26,501 nt of DNA from a virus. Lineage: Duplodnaviria > Heunggongvirae > Uroviricota > Caudoviricetes. A program made the translations under genes and the position numbers. Below are positions 1 to 8,224 of this stretch, piece by piece (position 1 is the stretch's first letter; each line of letters opens with the position of its first letter). The stretch is from IMG/VR virus record IMGVR_UViG_2698536418_000022. The stretch is one strand, 5' to 3'. The notes under the pieces were generated by a model that worked only from the letters and a program-made list of their open reading frames with translations, did no database searches and was not told where the DNA came from.

Positions 1-84
1 TACGTCATTGAACATATCCAGGACTGGCCGGCAAACCGGGTACGCGATCTGTTGCCCTGGAAAGTTGATCTGAGCTCTCAGTAA
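1..84 (+). CDS. 3' end of a plus-strand gene entering from upstream; candidate alternative tail-fiber variable C-terminus
   Basis: Frame 1 is open from position 1 to a TAA at 82-84 (YVIEHIQDWPANRVRDLLPWKVDLSSQ). It lies directly upstream of the plus-strand tfa-like ORF and converges on the minus-strand fiber genes. Confidence 0.3.
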   Translation, partial: YVIEHIQDWPANRVRDLLPWKVDLSSQ

Positions 85-150
85 ATATCAATACGGTTCT
101 GACGAGTCGCTTACGCATTAGATATTCCTGATGACATTTCTGTAAAATAT

Positions 151-465
151 ATGGCGGAACCGCCACAAGGGAAAATCCGAGTTGCAGGGGAAAATGGTTT
201 TCCCACATGGGCTGAAATACCTCCACCATCACATGAGGAACTTATTGAACAGGCCGAATCAGAGAGGCAATTATTGATTAACCAGGCCAACGAATACATG
301 AACAGTAAACAATGGCCCGGTAAAGCCGCTATTGGTCGTCTGAAAGGTGAGGAACTGGCGCAATATAATTTGTGGCTGGATTATCTGGAGGCACTGGAGC
401 TGGTTGATACCTCCAGTGCGCCAGATATTGAATGGCCTACGCCTCCGGCAGTTCAGGCCAGATGA
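151..465 (+). CDS. second tail fiber assembly-like protein (short, 104 aa), convergent with the minus-strand tfa
   Basis: ATG at 151. C-terminus LDYLEALELVDTSSAPDIEWPTPP parallels the C-terminus of the minus-strand Tfa (LDYIDAVTATDTSTAPDVIWPELP). 3' ends overlap at 437-465. Confidence 0.45.
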   Translation: MAEPPQGKIRVAGENGFPTWAEIPPPSHEELIEQAESERQLLINQANEYMNSKQWPGKAAIGRLKGEELAQYNLWLDYLEALELVDTSSAPDIEWPTPPAVQAR

Positions 466-1039
466 CATCCGGCGCGGTGCTGGTATCTGTTGCCGTCACC
501 GCGTCAATGTAATCCAGCACAGCGTTAAGTCTGGTTGTTTCTGCCTGCGTCGGTTTACGTCCGGCCTGCAATTTCAGTTGAATCAGACTGATGGAAGCCA
601 TTGCTGCATCAATCAGTGACTGGCGCTGTGCTTCTGCCGCTTCTACTGCGGCACCGTGTTGTGCCTCAGTATCGGTCACCCATTTCTTACCATCCCATTT
701 ATCGAATGGCGTTAACGGGGCGATAGTGGTTGTATTTTCAGGATAATCACCCGGAGCTGTGATTTCTTTGGCGTCTCCCGTTTCGGTGTTATAGACGATT
801 TCACCGCGATGGTCTGGCACATATTCCCATGAGTTTAAATCCATCGAACGGCAGATAGCATAACCCGCCTTATGTATACCAGGTTCATCCAGACAGGAAT
901 ATGCAGGGATACCGACACCAATGGCAAGATATTCATTTGAAGTAGAAATATATTCCCGAGTTTTACCATCATAGTTATAGACGGTAATATTCCCCGCCTT
1001 CGTGGCAATAAGCTCGCTATTTAATACGGCGTTATCCAT
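437..1039 (-). CDS. tail fiber assembly protein (P2 gpG / Tfa family)
   Basis: 200 aa ORF, ATG at 1037-1039 overlapping the H stop; sits immediately downstream of tail fiber gene as in P2. Confidence 0.8.
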   Translation of the reverse strand: MDNAVLNSELIATKAGNITVYNYDGKTREYISTSNEYLAIGVGIPAYSCLDEPGIHKAGYAICRSMDLNSWEYVPDHRGEIVYNTETGDAKEITAPGDYPENTTTIAPLTPFDKWDGKKWVTDTEAQHGAAVEAAEAQRQSLIDAAMASISLIQLKLQAGRKPTQAETTRLNAVLDYIDAVTATDTSTAPDVIWPELPEA

Positions 1040-2652
1040 TATGCAGCCCTCACGATATAGTTAAATGCAATATTTCGTGGACGGGTTTCACTCCCGCCAG
1101 TATTACCGATACTCCCTCGTGAATGAAGTGTCGGTGATGGGATCAGACTCCCTCCTGTATTTGTGGCATCAAGTCCACGTCCTTGTGTGTATGTCTTTTT
1201 GAAAATCGTAGCCAGTTCCCATTCATCTTTTGTGTCGTAACCATCATTGGCAACAACAATATGGCGGTGTTTTTCCAGCATCCCTGTCTGAATGCTCAAT
1301 AAAACACGTCCTGCATCAATACCGCGCCCGTCATCCCAGCCACGAATAAACTCACCACGTAAATCAGGTAATTTATTTGTCGGATAAGCCTTTGCCAGTT
1401 CCGGGTATTCTTCAGCAGAAAAAGCCGCACCGTTGCATTTCAGCCAGCCTGTTGGCGGTGTGGCTGAAGGCCATGGAACAGGCACACCAACAGGTAATGC
1501 AGAGCCTTCTCCCAAACCAAGGTAATCAAGAACTCCCTGAGTGCTGGTTTTACCAAGAATGGCACGTCCAACACTTGTCAACGCGGTTAACGCGGCACGA
1601 TCTGCCCCTGTAAAATATGGGAGTTTATCTGCTGATGTAGCAAGCTCCGCCAGCGCCGTCAGGGTGGCATCCTTCGGTTGCTTACCCGCAAGCGCGTTAG
1701 TCATGGTGGTCGCAAAATTCGGGTCATTGCCCAGCGCCGCAGCCAGTTCGTTCAGCGTGTTCAGTGCATCAGGTGACGAATCTACAAGTGCGGCAATCGC
1801 GGCCATAACGAAAGCCGTGCTTGCGATCTGGGTACTATTAGTTCCCTGTGGCGCTGTTGGTGTTGTTGGCGTTCCGGTCAGTGCCGGGCTGTTTAATGGT
1901 GCTTTCTTGTTCGTTTCATCCATTACCACCTTAACAGCTTTTGGTGTCGCTGCCAGCGTTTCAGACGTGCTGTTCGTGGCGCTACTGAGCTGAACAATCC
2001 CTTTTTGTATAGTGGTGGCGTTCTGGGCGGTATATTTCCCGTTAGCCAGGTCATATGCAGCCTTAACCGCTTTCGGTGTTGCGGCCAGTGTTTCTGATTC
2101 ACTGTTAATTGCACTGCTTAACTGAGTAAAACCTTTTGCGGTCAGCGAGGCGTCCGGGTGACGTCGTGACTGTTCGTGCTCTGAGATTTTATCATCCACA
2201 TATTTGCGGGTTGCCAGAACCACAGACGGGTCGATTTTCAGCGTGATAGCTTCGGTGTTCGTGACAACCAGAATCATGCGGATAGTCTGGGTGCGTCCAC
2301 TGCCTTCCTGCAACTGCGGTTTGTACGTTTCCGGGCAGTTTGCCACCGCAATGAGTACACCTTCATCATCATAAAGACCAATCTCACGGATCCAGAATCC
2401 TCCCTCGTTTTCAGGGATGATTTGCTCCGCAATAATCTGGCTCTGATTGTTAGGGTCAACACTCAGAAGATTCAGCGGTGCAATGCGTTTCTGGTTAATC
2501 AGTTTTGTTTGTGCAGGGTCTGGTGTTGGTAACACACCATTTGCATCACCAACGGCCATTTGCGTCAGATTCAGCTTACTGCCGAGCATCGTCGCGTTAG
2601 CCAGTCGTGCTGCGCCCTGATTAGTCAGAATGGCGTAGTATTTCACTGTCAT
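1039..2652 (-). CDS. tail fiber protein (P2 gpH-like)
   Basis: 537 aa. Internal SETLAATPKAVK fiber repeats, conserved LDYLGLGEG junction, and C-terminus ending NIAFNYIVRAA typical of P2/Mu/Stf-type side fibers. ATG at 2650-2652. Confidence 0.9.
   Translation of the reverse strand: MTVKYYAILTNQGAARLANATMLGSKLNLTQMAVGDANGVLPTPDPAQTKLINQKRIAPLNLLSVDPNNQSQIIAEQIIPENEGGFWIREIGLYDDEGVLIAVANCPETYKPQLQEGSGRTQTIRMILVVTNTEAITLKIDPSVVLATRKYVDDKISEHEQSRRHPDASLTAKGFTQLSSAINSESETLAATPKAVKAAYDLANGKYTAQNATTIQKGIVQLSSATNSTSETLAATPKAVKVVMDETNKKAPLNSPALTGTPTTPTAPQGTNSTQIASTAFVMAAIAALVDSSPDALNTLNELAAALGNDPNFATTMTNALAGKQPKDATLTALAELATSADKLPYFTGADRAALTALTSVGRAILGKTSTQGVLDYLGLGEGSALPVGVPVPWPSATPPTGWLKCNGAAFSAEEYPELAKAYPTNKLPDLRGEFIRGWDDGRGIDAGRVLLSIQTGMLEKHRHIVVANDGYDTKDEWELATIFKKTYTQGRGLDATNTGGSLIPSPTLHSRGSIGNTGGSETRPRNIAFNYIVRAA
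1507..1532. promoter_or_regulatory. Hin/Gin/Cin-type DNA invertase crossover site (hix/gix-like 26 bp) inside the tail fiber gene
   Basis: TTCTCCCAAACCAAGGTAATCAAGAA closely resembles the recalled hixL (TTCTTGAAAACCAAGGTTTTTGATAA), with two inverted 12 bp half-sites. It encodes the conserved VLDYLGLGEG constant/variable junction. Confidence 0.5.
1930..2124 (-). repeat. two direct copies of a ~63 bp segment inside the tail fiber gene encoding QLSSA(I/T)NS(E/T)SETLAATPKAVK
   Basis: Protein-level repeat at residues 177-197 and 221-241 of H, mapped back to DNA. Confidence 0.6.
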
Positions 2653-3257
2653 GCGTTTACTCTCAGATTATCAATTAAATGAATGGCCGGGGCAGGGAAA
2701 TAATCCCCTTCGACAATAATGGACTCCGGGGTGTAGGGATAAACCGTCAGGGCATCGCCGTGATAGCATCCCGTACCAACGAAAATCTTTCCGTTCACAC
2801 TCAGGCTGATCGCCAGCCCCGTCAGATGGCGACTTACTGGTTTTGCATCCGCAATAAGGCGCTCAAGTTCCTGATACATTTCATCGGTGATGCCCTGATC
2901 AAGTACTCCGACAACAATGCGAAATGTTCCTGGCTCCTCGTTGAGTTGCCACCACTCCTTTACTTCAATCAGGTAGCCGAGAGGCTCCACGGCTCTTCGC
3001 AGTGCGCTGATGGTCCCTTTGTGTCGGTGTATCAGCCATGCATCACGAATTACCTGTCGCTTTGTCTCTTCCGGCCAGTTGCGATCCCAGCGGTCAACGG
3101 AAAACGCCCAGGCGAGATAAGGCAGCAGATGCACCGGGCAGGTGTCCGGCGACCACAGCGTGTTGAGGTCTACCGGAATGTCTGTAATGCGTGTTCCGAC
3201 GGCTTCGGCACAACGCATGAAATTGCTGGCTGATGGTGGTAACAACGAATTACTCAT
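2649..3257 (-). CDS. baseplate assembly protein (P2 gpI-like)
   Basis: Start re-placed to the ATG at 3255-3257 (MSNSLLPP...), matching the recalled P2 gpI N-terminus; the track start at 3290 is a GTG extension. Stop overlaps the H start. Confidence 0.85.
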   Translation of the reverse strand: MSNSLLPPSASNFMRCAEAVGTRITDIPVDLNTLWSPDTCPVHLLPYLAWAFSVDRWDRNWPEETKRQVIRDAWLIHRHKGTISALRRAVEPLGYLIEVKEWWQLNEEPGTFRIVVGVLDQGITDEMYQELERLIADAKPVSRHLTGLAISLSVNGKIFVGTGCYHGDALTVYPYTPESIIVEGDYFPAPAIHLIDNLRVNA

Positions 3258-4146
3258 TGCGTCCACCTTCGCTGATGGTGAATGACTCACAGCGCGCCGC
3301 CTGTATGTCGCTGATGGTCATATTCTGTGTGGGTTCGATTATCTCCACGCGTTGCACACCGTGCACATGCAGTGCGGCAGCAATGGCGGACAACGCCACG
3401 TCCTGACCGATAAGCCCCTGCTCAGCCAGCCACTTCCTGAACGACGATTCAGCCGCGGCCAGAATAGGTTCGGATTCCGGGCCGGGGTAAAAGTACAGTT
3501 TTGCATTCAGCCGCCATGTCACGATTCTGGCGCTCTGTACGGTCAGGCGGTCGGCCACCGGGCGGGTATCCTCTGCATTCAGAACGGCGCGAACGGTATT
3601 AAGCAACGCCTCCGTTGCTGTGCCGTCGCCCTCAGTGGACAGGATGGAAACCGTCACATTTGCCGGAGACGGGCTGATAGCCCGCGCATCACGCACCAGA
3701 CCGCTGGCGCTGCGGGCAAAATACTCGTATGCACCTGACGGGCCAGCAACACTCAGGCCGTCGTACGCCCGCTGCGCCCGCAGTCTCAGCGAGGTGTCGC
3801 TCTCCATCACCGCGTCGGTGGTATCCGTTGCCGGAGTGATGGTCAGGCGCTTTGTGTTCATATTGCCCGCGAGGTTGTCCAGGTCTGTCCCGGCGCTGTG
3901 GCTTAACATGCAGGCGCGTGCCCCCTCATTGACCCGCTGGCGTAACAGCATTTCACGAAACGCTGTTGTCTGGGCGATAACGTTCAGGGGTTCCGATTCC
4001 AGCTCCAGCGCGGCGGAAACGGCTTCACGCTGTTCGGCGGGATAAGCCGCAATCATCATGGCCTTTGTGTCAGCCAGAATTGCCTCAAAATCAGGCTTCG
4101 CGATGATGGCGGGTTCCGGTAACTGGGAAAGGTCAACAGCAGGCAT
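3250..4146 (-). CDS. baseplate assembly protein J (P2 gpJ-like)
   Basis: 298 aa, ATG at 4144-4146, position between W and I as in P2. Confidence 0.9.
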   Translation of the reverse strand: MPAVDLSQLPEPAIIAKPDFEAILADTKAMMIAAYPAEQREAVSAALELESEPLNVIAQTTAFREMLLRQRVNEGARACMLSHSAGTDLDNLAGNMNTKRLTITPATDTTDAVMESDTSLRLRAQRAYDGLSVAGPSGAYEYFARSASGLVRDARAISPSPANVTVSILSTEGDGTATEALLNTVRAVLNAEDTRPVADRLTVQSARIVTWRLNAKLYFYPGPESEPILAAAESSFRKWLAEQGLIGQDVALSAIAAALHVHGVQRVEIIEPTQNMTISDIQAARCESFTISEGGRNE

Positions 4147-4149
4147 GAT

Positions 4150-4500
4150 TTACTCTCTCAGCGTGATGGTTAATTCAACATTCTGCATGGTCTGCATAAC
4201 AGTGCCCGACAGCGTCACCCCGGCGCGGCCTCCTGCCTTCCAGACAACGTCGATAGCGTCCAGGGCAATGCGGGGTTCCCATCGTGTCAGCGCAATCACG
4301 GCAGCACTCATGCATTGCAGACGCGTGGTGTTATTCATGGGTTCGTCAATCAAATCAGGCACAAGGCTGCCATATTCCCGTCGCATAACCCGGCTTGCCA
4401 GCGGGGTGGTCAGGATGTCCCTGACTGACTGTTTCAGGTGCTCCATATCGTTCAGGTTTCCCGTTCCGTCCGGGTTCATTCCTGTGTAGCGGGTTGTCAC
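4150..4500 (-). CDS. baseplate protein W (P2 gpW-like, GPW/gp25 family)
   Basis: 116 aa; N-terminus MTTRYTGMN resembles recalled P2 gpW (MTARYLGMN). GTG start at 4498-4500 overlaps the V stop (GTGA). Confidence 0.85.
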   Translation of the reverse strand: MTTRYTGMNPDGTGNLNDMEHLKQSVRDILTTPLASRVMRREYGSLVPDLIDEPMNNTTRLQCMSAAVIALTRWEPRIALDAIDVVWKAGGRAGVTLSGTVMQTMQNVELTITLRE

Positions 4501-5078
4501 TGCGGGCCTCCTGTCGAATCGCTGCCACCTTTAACGCCACCGTGCTTATGCGTATGCACTGTGATGCCGTTTGAGGTGAAATCGCCGCCGCTGTGCGTGA
4601 TATTGCCGCTCATCTTTCCCCCTTTTGTGACGTCAATCTCGGCTGTTTTCAGAAGGTTTGTGCATTCCACGACGGGCGTATCCAGTTTCACGCTGACGGA
4701 TGCCTGCAGGGTGGCTGTTTTCATGCCGCTGGCGCTCAGTGCGCCTGCGTCCGCGTCGTAGCGGAACACCGCGCCATCCGGCGCGCTGACCACGATTTCT
4801 TTCAGGCTTTTGCCGGGGGCCGGATTGGCATCACTCCACAGGCTGCCAATTATCATGGCGGTTTCCGGGTTGCCGCCAATGCAGGCAATTACCACCTGTT
4901 CGCCCACTGATGGCGGCAGCCACACATTGAAGGTTCCCGCGCGCGTGGTGTTCCAGCGCAACCAGCCTGTTTCCAGTTCGCCGCTGCGAACGCGCACGCG
5001 CCAGGACTTCTCATCAACTTCAGAGATGATCCCGGTGCGGATGATATTGCTCAGCAGTCGCATGAGTTCTGCGCTCAC
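4497..5078 (-). CDS. baseplate spike / assembly protein V (P2 gpV-like)
   Basis: 193 aa with IRTGII...WLPPSVGEQV...HTHKHGG motifs as in P2 gpV. Start is either GTG at 5076-5078 (overlapping the S stop) or ATG at 5061-5063. Confidence 0.85.
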   Translation of the reverse strand: MSAELMRLLSNIIRTGIISEVDEKSWRVRVRSGELETGWLRWNTTRAGTFNVWLPPSVGEQVVIACIGGNPETAMIIGSLWSDANPAPGKSLKEIVVSAPDGAVFRYDADAGALSASGMKTATLQASVSVKLDTPVVECTNLLKTAEIDVTKGGKMSGNITHSGGDFTSNGITVHTHKHGGVKGGSDSTGGPQ

Positions 5079-5710
5079 CGTACAGCCTCCGCAATCCGGC
5101 CCAGCACCGTGTTATAAATCAGACGCTCATCTGCCTGGCTGATACCCAGCAGCTCACGTACCGGGTAATCGGTGAAAATGCCCGGCGCAACCTGATCGCG
5201 CTCACCGTACTGATGAACGCGGGCAATACGTGCGGCTACGCCGCTGTAACCCACCGTCACACCGGAAGCATCTGCACGGGCTTTCAGGTAGCGGGCGGTG
5301 CGCAGTTTTACGAACATGGGGACGCGCTTTGTGCTGTCCTGGTTGATGCGCCGGGTGCGTATTTCCAGAAAACGGTCGATGTCATCCCGATAAAACGTGC
5401 GGATATTGTTTTTATCCTCATCCCACCCGGTAATGGTTCGCCCGTATTTCCCCGTGTCGTGATGCCAGTTTTTCAGCGTGCGTGCTTCGTTATTCCAGAT
5501 AAAGCGAATGCGCTCCTGTATCCGGGTTACGCGGCGTCTGCGTGGTGTCCATGCGGTCCCGTCCGGCGCTTTCTGTGACCGGATGCGCGCCTGCTGGGCG
5601 CGGCGTAAATCCTGTGCCAGCTTTCTGGCGATGTTATTGATGGCCTGCTGATTCAGGCTGTCGCGGATAGCCTCAAAGGTTTCATCCACGCGGGTGAATG
5701 CCTTATCCAT
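5075..5710 (-). CDS. virion morphogenesis / tail completion protein (P2 gpS position)
   Basis: Start placed at the ATG at 5708-5710; the track start at 5719 is GTG. Assigned by position between R and V. Confidence 0.65.
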   Translation of the reverse strand: MDKAFTRVDETFEAIRDSLNQQAINNIARKLAQDLRRAQQARIRSQKAPDGTAWTPRRRRVTRIQERIRFIWNNEARTLKNWHHDTGKYGRTITGWDEDKNNIRTFYRDDIDRFLEIRTRRINQDSTKRVPMFVKLRTARYLKARADASGVTVGYSGVAARIARVHQYGERDQVAPGIFTDYPVRELLGISQADERLIYNTVLGRIAEAVR

Positions 5711-6170
5711 CGCTTTCACCCCGCGTCACATCCTGGAATACATGCGACCAGTCGCCTTCGGAAGAGGGCAGGCGGGGTTTTGGCTCCGGCAGGTGTTCTG
5801 CCTGCGGTGTGCCCTGACTGTTGCGCGTAATGCGAACGCGTTCCCGCAGGGGGAGCGTAAACAGGAGATCGGCGCTGTCATCGTCATTGATAACGGCGGA
5901 AAATTTGATGTCCTGATTACGCTCCGGATTGAGCAACAACTGTGGCTGATTTTCGGATAACCACGCCAGCAGCGGCAGCGTGAGGTCGTCCAGCTCCCCG
6001 GCGTAATCCATGACAAACATCACCATCTGATAGTGGTAAACAAACGAGGGAGTTTCTCCGGTCGTTTCAATGTTGCCGCTCTCCACGAAAATGGTGAATT
6101 TTTCCGGGTTAGCCTGACACCATCGGCATGAACGGGTCATGGCTTCACGCAGGGAATCAGTTTTCAGCAT
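5703..6170 (-). CDS. tail completion protein R (P2 gpR-like)
   Basis: 155 aa, N-terminus MLKTDSLR resembles recalled P2 gpR. ATG at 6168-6170. Confidence 0.8.
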   Translation of the reverse strand: MLKTDSLREAMTRSCRWCQANPEKFTIFVESGNIETTGETPSFVYHYQMVMFVMDYAGELDDLTLPLLAWLSENQPQLLLNPERNQDIKFSAVINDDDSADLLFTLPLRERVRITRNSQGTPQAEHLPEPKPRLPSSEGDWSHVFQDVTRGESDG

Positions 6171-6447
6171 GGTTGTTATCCTCGTTGTTCAGTCGTTGCA
6201 GCCTGCGTTGTTCCAGTAATTCAATGGCCCGTTTATCCGCGTTACAGGTTTCCAGTGCATCCAGAAGGCGGTCGCCCCATATACCGAGATTTCCCCATGT
6301 GGGAGTGTCAGGGAAGGGGGGAGGCGTTACCGGTATGGTCAGCGTCTGCGGTATAAGCCGGACTGACGGCGCTGGCAGTGGCGCGTTCTGCGTGCCTGCG
6401 CAGCCTGTCAGTAAAACGAGCGTCAGGCAAAGCGTGGGCGCATTCAT
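6157..6447 (-). CDS. o-spanin (Rz1 / LysC-like outer membrane lipoprotein)
   Basis: ATG at 6445-6447. Signal peptide with lipobox LLTGC, proline-rich mature part. Starts inside the Rz frame and extends past its stop (overlapped spanin architecture as in P2 lysB/lysC). Confidence 0.7.
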   Translation of the reverse strand: MNAPTLCLTLVLLTGCAGTQNAPLPAPSVRLIPQTLTIPVTPPPFPDTPTWGNLGIWGDRLLDALETCNADKRAIELLEQRRLQRLNNEDNNHAEN

Positions 6448-6715
6448 CTTTTGCAATATCGTTGCGTAGCTGTTCACGTCTTACCTCTCCGTCCTGATTG
6501 CGTTGCTGATTTTCCACGCGGAGTTGCGCCAGCACCTGCTGCATATCCTGTACCCCGGCGCTGATGATATTCAGGGTGTCGGCGGTACTTTTCAGGGTGC
6601 TGGCCTGCGCTTCGTTTCTGGCGTTCTCCCGGCCCAGCGACCACGACAGACGCATGGATGTTCCCCATCCGGCAATCAGAAGGAAAGCGACGCCAAGCGT
6701 GGGCCAGAGCTTCAT
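6308..6715 (-). CDS. i-spanin (Rz / LysB-like)
   Basis: Start re-placed to the ATG at 6713-6715 (MKLWPTLGVAFLLIAGW...), giving an N-terminal TM anchor plus coiled coil. ATGA overlap with the endolysin stop; the track start at 6859 would overlap the endolysin gene. Confidence 0.7.
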   Translation of the reverse strand: MKLWPTLGVAFLLIAGWGTSMRLSWSLGRENARNEAQASTLKSTADTLNIISAGVQDMQQVLAQLRVENQQRNQDGEVRREQLRNDIAKDECAHALPDARFTDRLRRHAERATASAVSPAYTADADHTGNASPLP

Positions 6716-7104
6716 GCCGGATAGGCTCCGTGTGGTAACTGAAAATGCGGTCCGTCTTTCAGGGTCTTCCAGTCGCCGCCCCATTCCACCGGAATATTCA
6801 GTTCCCGGCTGGCCTGTCTGAATGCTGCTGCGATTTTTTCGTACAGCGGCCATTCCCATGACACCTGGCTGCCGATATAAGCCACAACATCCACGGCATG
6901 CCCCGTAAGGTGGCGGCTGTTCATGGTCTGGCTCTTACCTGTGGCCACAAGTTGCTTCTGGCGGTAACGGCTGCGCAACCCTTCGGTGATACCAAAATCC
7001 ACTTCCGAAATTTCCAGTGCCCGTCGGGTCACTTTCACCAGATCAGGGTTTACGCCCTGCAAATTCTTTTCGCTCCGGCTGCTGAATTTAAATGTGTTGC
7101 TCAT
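6712..7104 (-). CDS. endolysin, peptidase M15-like (zinc D-Ala-D-Ala carboxypeptidase / L-Ala-D-Glu peptidase fold)
   Basis: 130 aa with an HLTGHAVDV-type metal-binding motif. Position between holin and spanins; RBS AAGGAG upstream; ATGA overlap with holin stop. Confidence 0.7.
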   Translation of the reverse strand: MSNTFKFSSRSEKNLQGVNPDLVKVTRRALEISEVDFGITEGLRSRYRQKQLVATGKSQTMNSRHLTGHAVDVVAYIGSQVSWEWPLYEKIAAAFRQASRELNIPVEWGGDWKTLKDGPHFQLPHGAYPA

Positions 7105-7424
7105 TCGTCCTTCTCCTTCACCCTGCGATTAAAGGCCGCAATAACCTTGTCGCGTGCTTTCTCTGCCCCCATAAAACCGATTGATGCGCCGATAAACGTC
7201 ACGGCATCTTCAGGAAGCCCGAAGAAGCGCAACGACCCGGCCACGGCCATGGCAAGAACGCCGCACGCCAGCGATCCCGTTACGGTCTGAACCAGTGTTC
7301 GTCCGTCATAAAGACTCATCAGCGCGGAAATGCTGACCGCCGCGCCTACTGCATACACCGTTGGCAGGTGGTCAAAGAGCCACGCAATAACCTGCTCTGT
7401 GATCCCTGTTTGAATGGTGCTCAC
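7101..7424 (-). CDS. holin (class I-like, predicted 3 TM segments)
   Basis: Start placed at the GTG at 7422-7424, preceded by GGGGGGAG RBS and lying just after the gpX stop. The track ORF start (TTG at 7643) would run through gpX. Hydrophobic segments with a charged C-terminus. Confidence 0.6.
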   Translation of the reverse strand: MSTIQTGITEQVIAWLFDHLPTVYAVGAAVSISALMSLYDGRTLVQTVTGSLACGVLAMAVAGSLRFFGLPEDAVTFIGASIGFMGAEKARDKVIAAFNRRVKEKDE

Positions 7425-7426
7425 TG

Positions 7427-7627
7427 CTACTCCCCCCACAACTGAATCATTTCTCGTTTCTTCTTCTCCGGCTCTGGCATCTCCACGTCCTGCCCGGCGT
7501 CCAGAAATACCTGCTGGCAGAGTCCGGGGTTGGCATCCAGCACCTTTTCGGTGACGCCCTGCGTCGTGCCGTAGTACCGGAAACAGAGCGAATCCACGGT
7601 GTCGCCTTCCAGTGCCTTTACTTTCAT
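7427..7627 (-). CDS. tail protein X (P2 gpX-like, LysM-like)
   Basis: Start re-placed to the ATG at 7625-7627 (MKVKALEGDTVDSLCFRYYG...), matching recalled P2 gpX. ATGA overlap with the L stop. Confidence 0.8.
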   Translation of the reverse strand: MKVKALEGDTVDSLCFRYYGTTQGVTEKVLDANPGLCQQVFLDAGQDVEMPEPEKKKREMIQLWGE

Positions 7628-8121
7628 CAGCACAACTCCGCAAAGATTCGCGGGCGGCACAGAATGTCAGAGATGGCCCAGCTCACATCACGCCACAAAT
7701 CCGATGTCTGTATATCCAGTGCGTCCGCCCTGCGGTCGCCCTTGTCCGTTGTGTCCACATCGCGGTAACGCTCCAGAATCAGGGCGCGTGTGGCGGTATA
7801 AACAGCATTGCGCCAGTGCCAGAGATTGACGCTTTCTCCGTTAATTACGGGTGCCGGAACATCGGCCAGCGTCAGATGGCCAGCCGCCTGCTGTTCCTGC
7901 TGCCACGCTTCCAGCTCGCGGGTAACGTGTGCCACTGCCCCGGTGGCGGTATGCAGCAGGCGGGAGGTGGTCACACGGCCCGGCAGTCGTATCGCCAGAC
8001 GCAGCTCACGCAGCACAATATCCGGCCAGAATGCACCCGCTGAAATACGGGTATCACCATCATCGGTATCGGTGATGTCGTCCTCTGCGGGTCTTGGTTC
8101 AGTTCTGGCAACCATACTCAT
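7627..8121 (-). CDS. head completion / stabilization protein (P2 gpL-like)
   Basis: 164 aa, ATG at 8119-8121, position between M and X. Confidence 0.85.
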   Translation of the reverse strand: MSMVARTEPRPAEDDITDTDDGDTRISAGAFWPDIVLRELRLAIRLPGRVTTSRLLHTATGAVAHVTRELEAWQQEQQAAGHLTLADVPAPVINGESVNLWHWRNAVYTATRALILERYRDVDTTDKGDRRADALDIQTSDLWRDVSWAISDILCRPRIFAELC

Positions 8122-8224
8122 GGGGGTTCACTCCTGAAAAAAATCGGGCGGTGGGTGCTCGGTGTAAACGGTCACGGAGTCAAACCGGAACACCGCGCAC
8201 GCCGCCCGCTGACGGGGTCAGTCG

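Noticed and set aside
1-150. Second hix/gix-like site at the start of the window (around GGCAAACCGGGTA)
   Set aside because: Only the AAACC core matches and the flanking half-sites are poor; the true partner site is expected upstream of the window.
1541-1993. 150-aa plus-strand ORF inside the tail fiber gene
   Set aside because: Alanine/serine-rich antisense translation of the fiber repeats; the coding strand is clearly minus.
2679-3233. 184-aa plus-strand ORF inside the baseplate gpI gene
   Set aside because: Antisense to a syntenic, recognisable baseplate gene.
6308-6859. Track version of the i-spanin as 183 aa starting at 6859
   Set aside because: Would overlap the endolysin gene by about 150 nt; the ATG at 6713-6715 gives a classic N-terminal TM spanin and an ATGA coupling.
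7101-7643. Track version of the holin ORF as 180 aa starting at 7643
   Set aside because: That start is a TTG and the N-terminal 73 codons run through the gpX gene in another frame. The GTG at 7422-7424 with a GGGGGGAG RBS is the plausible start.
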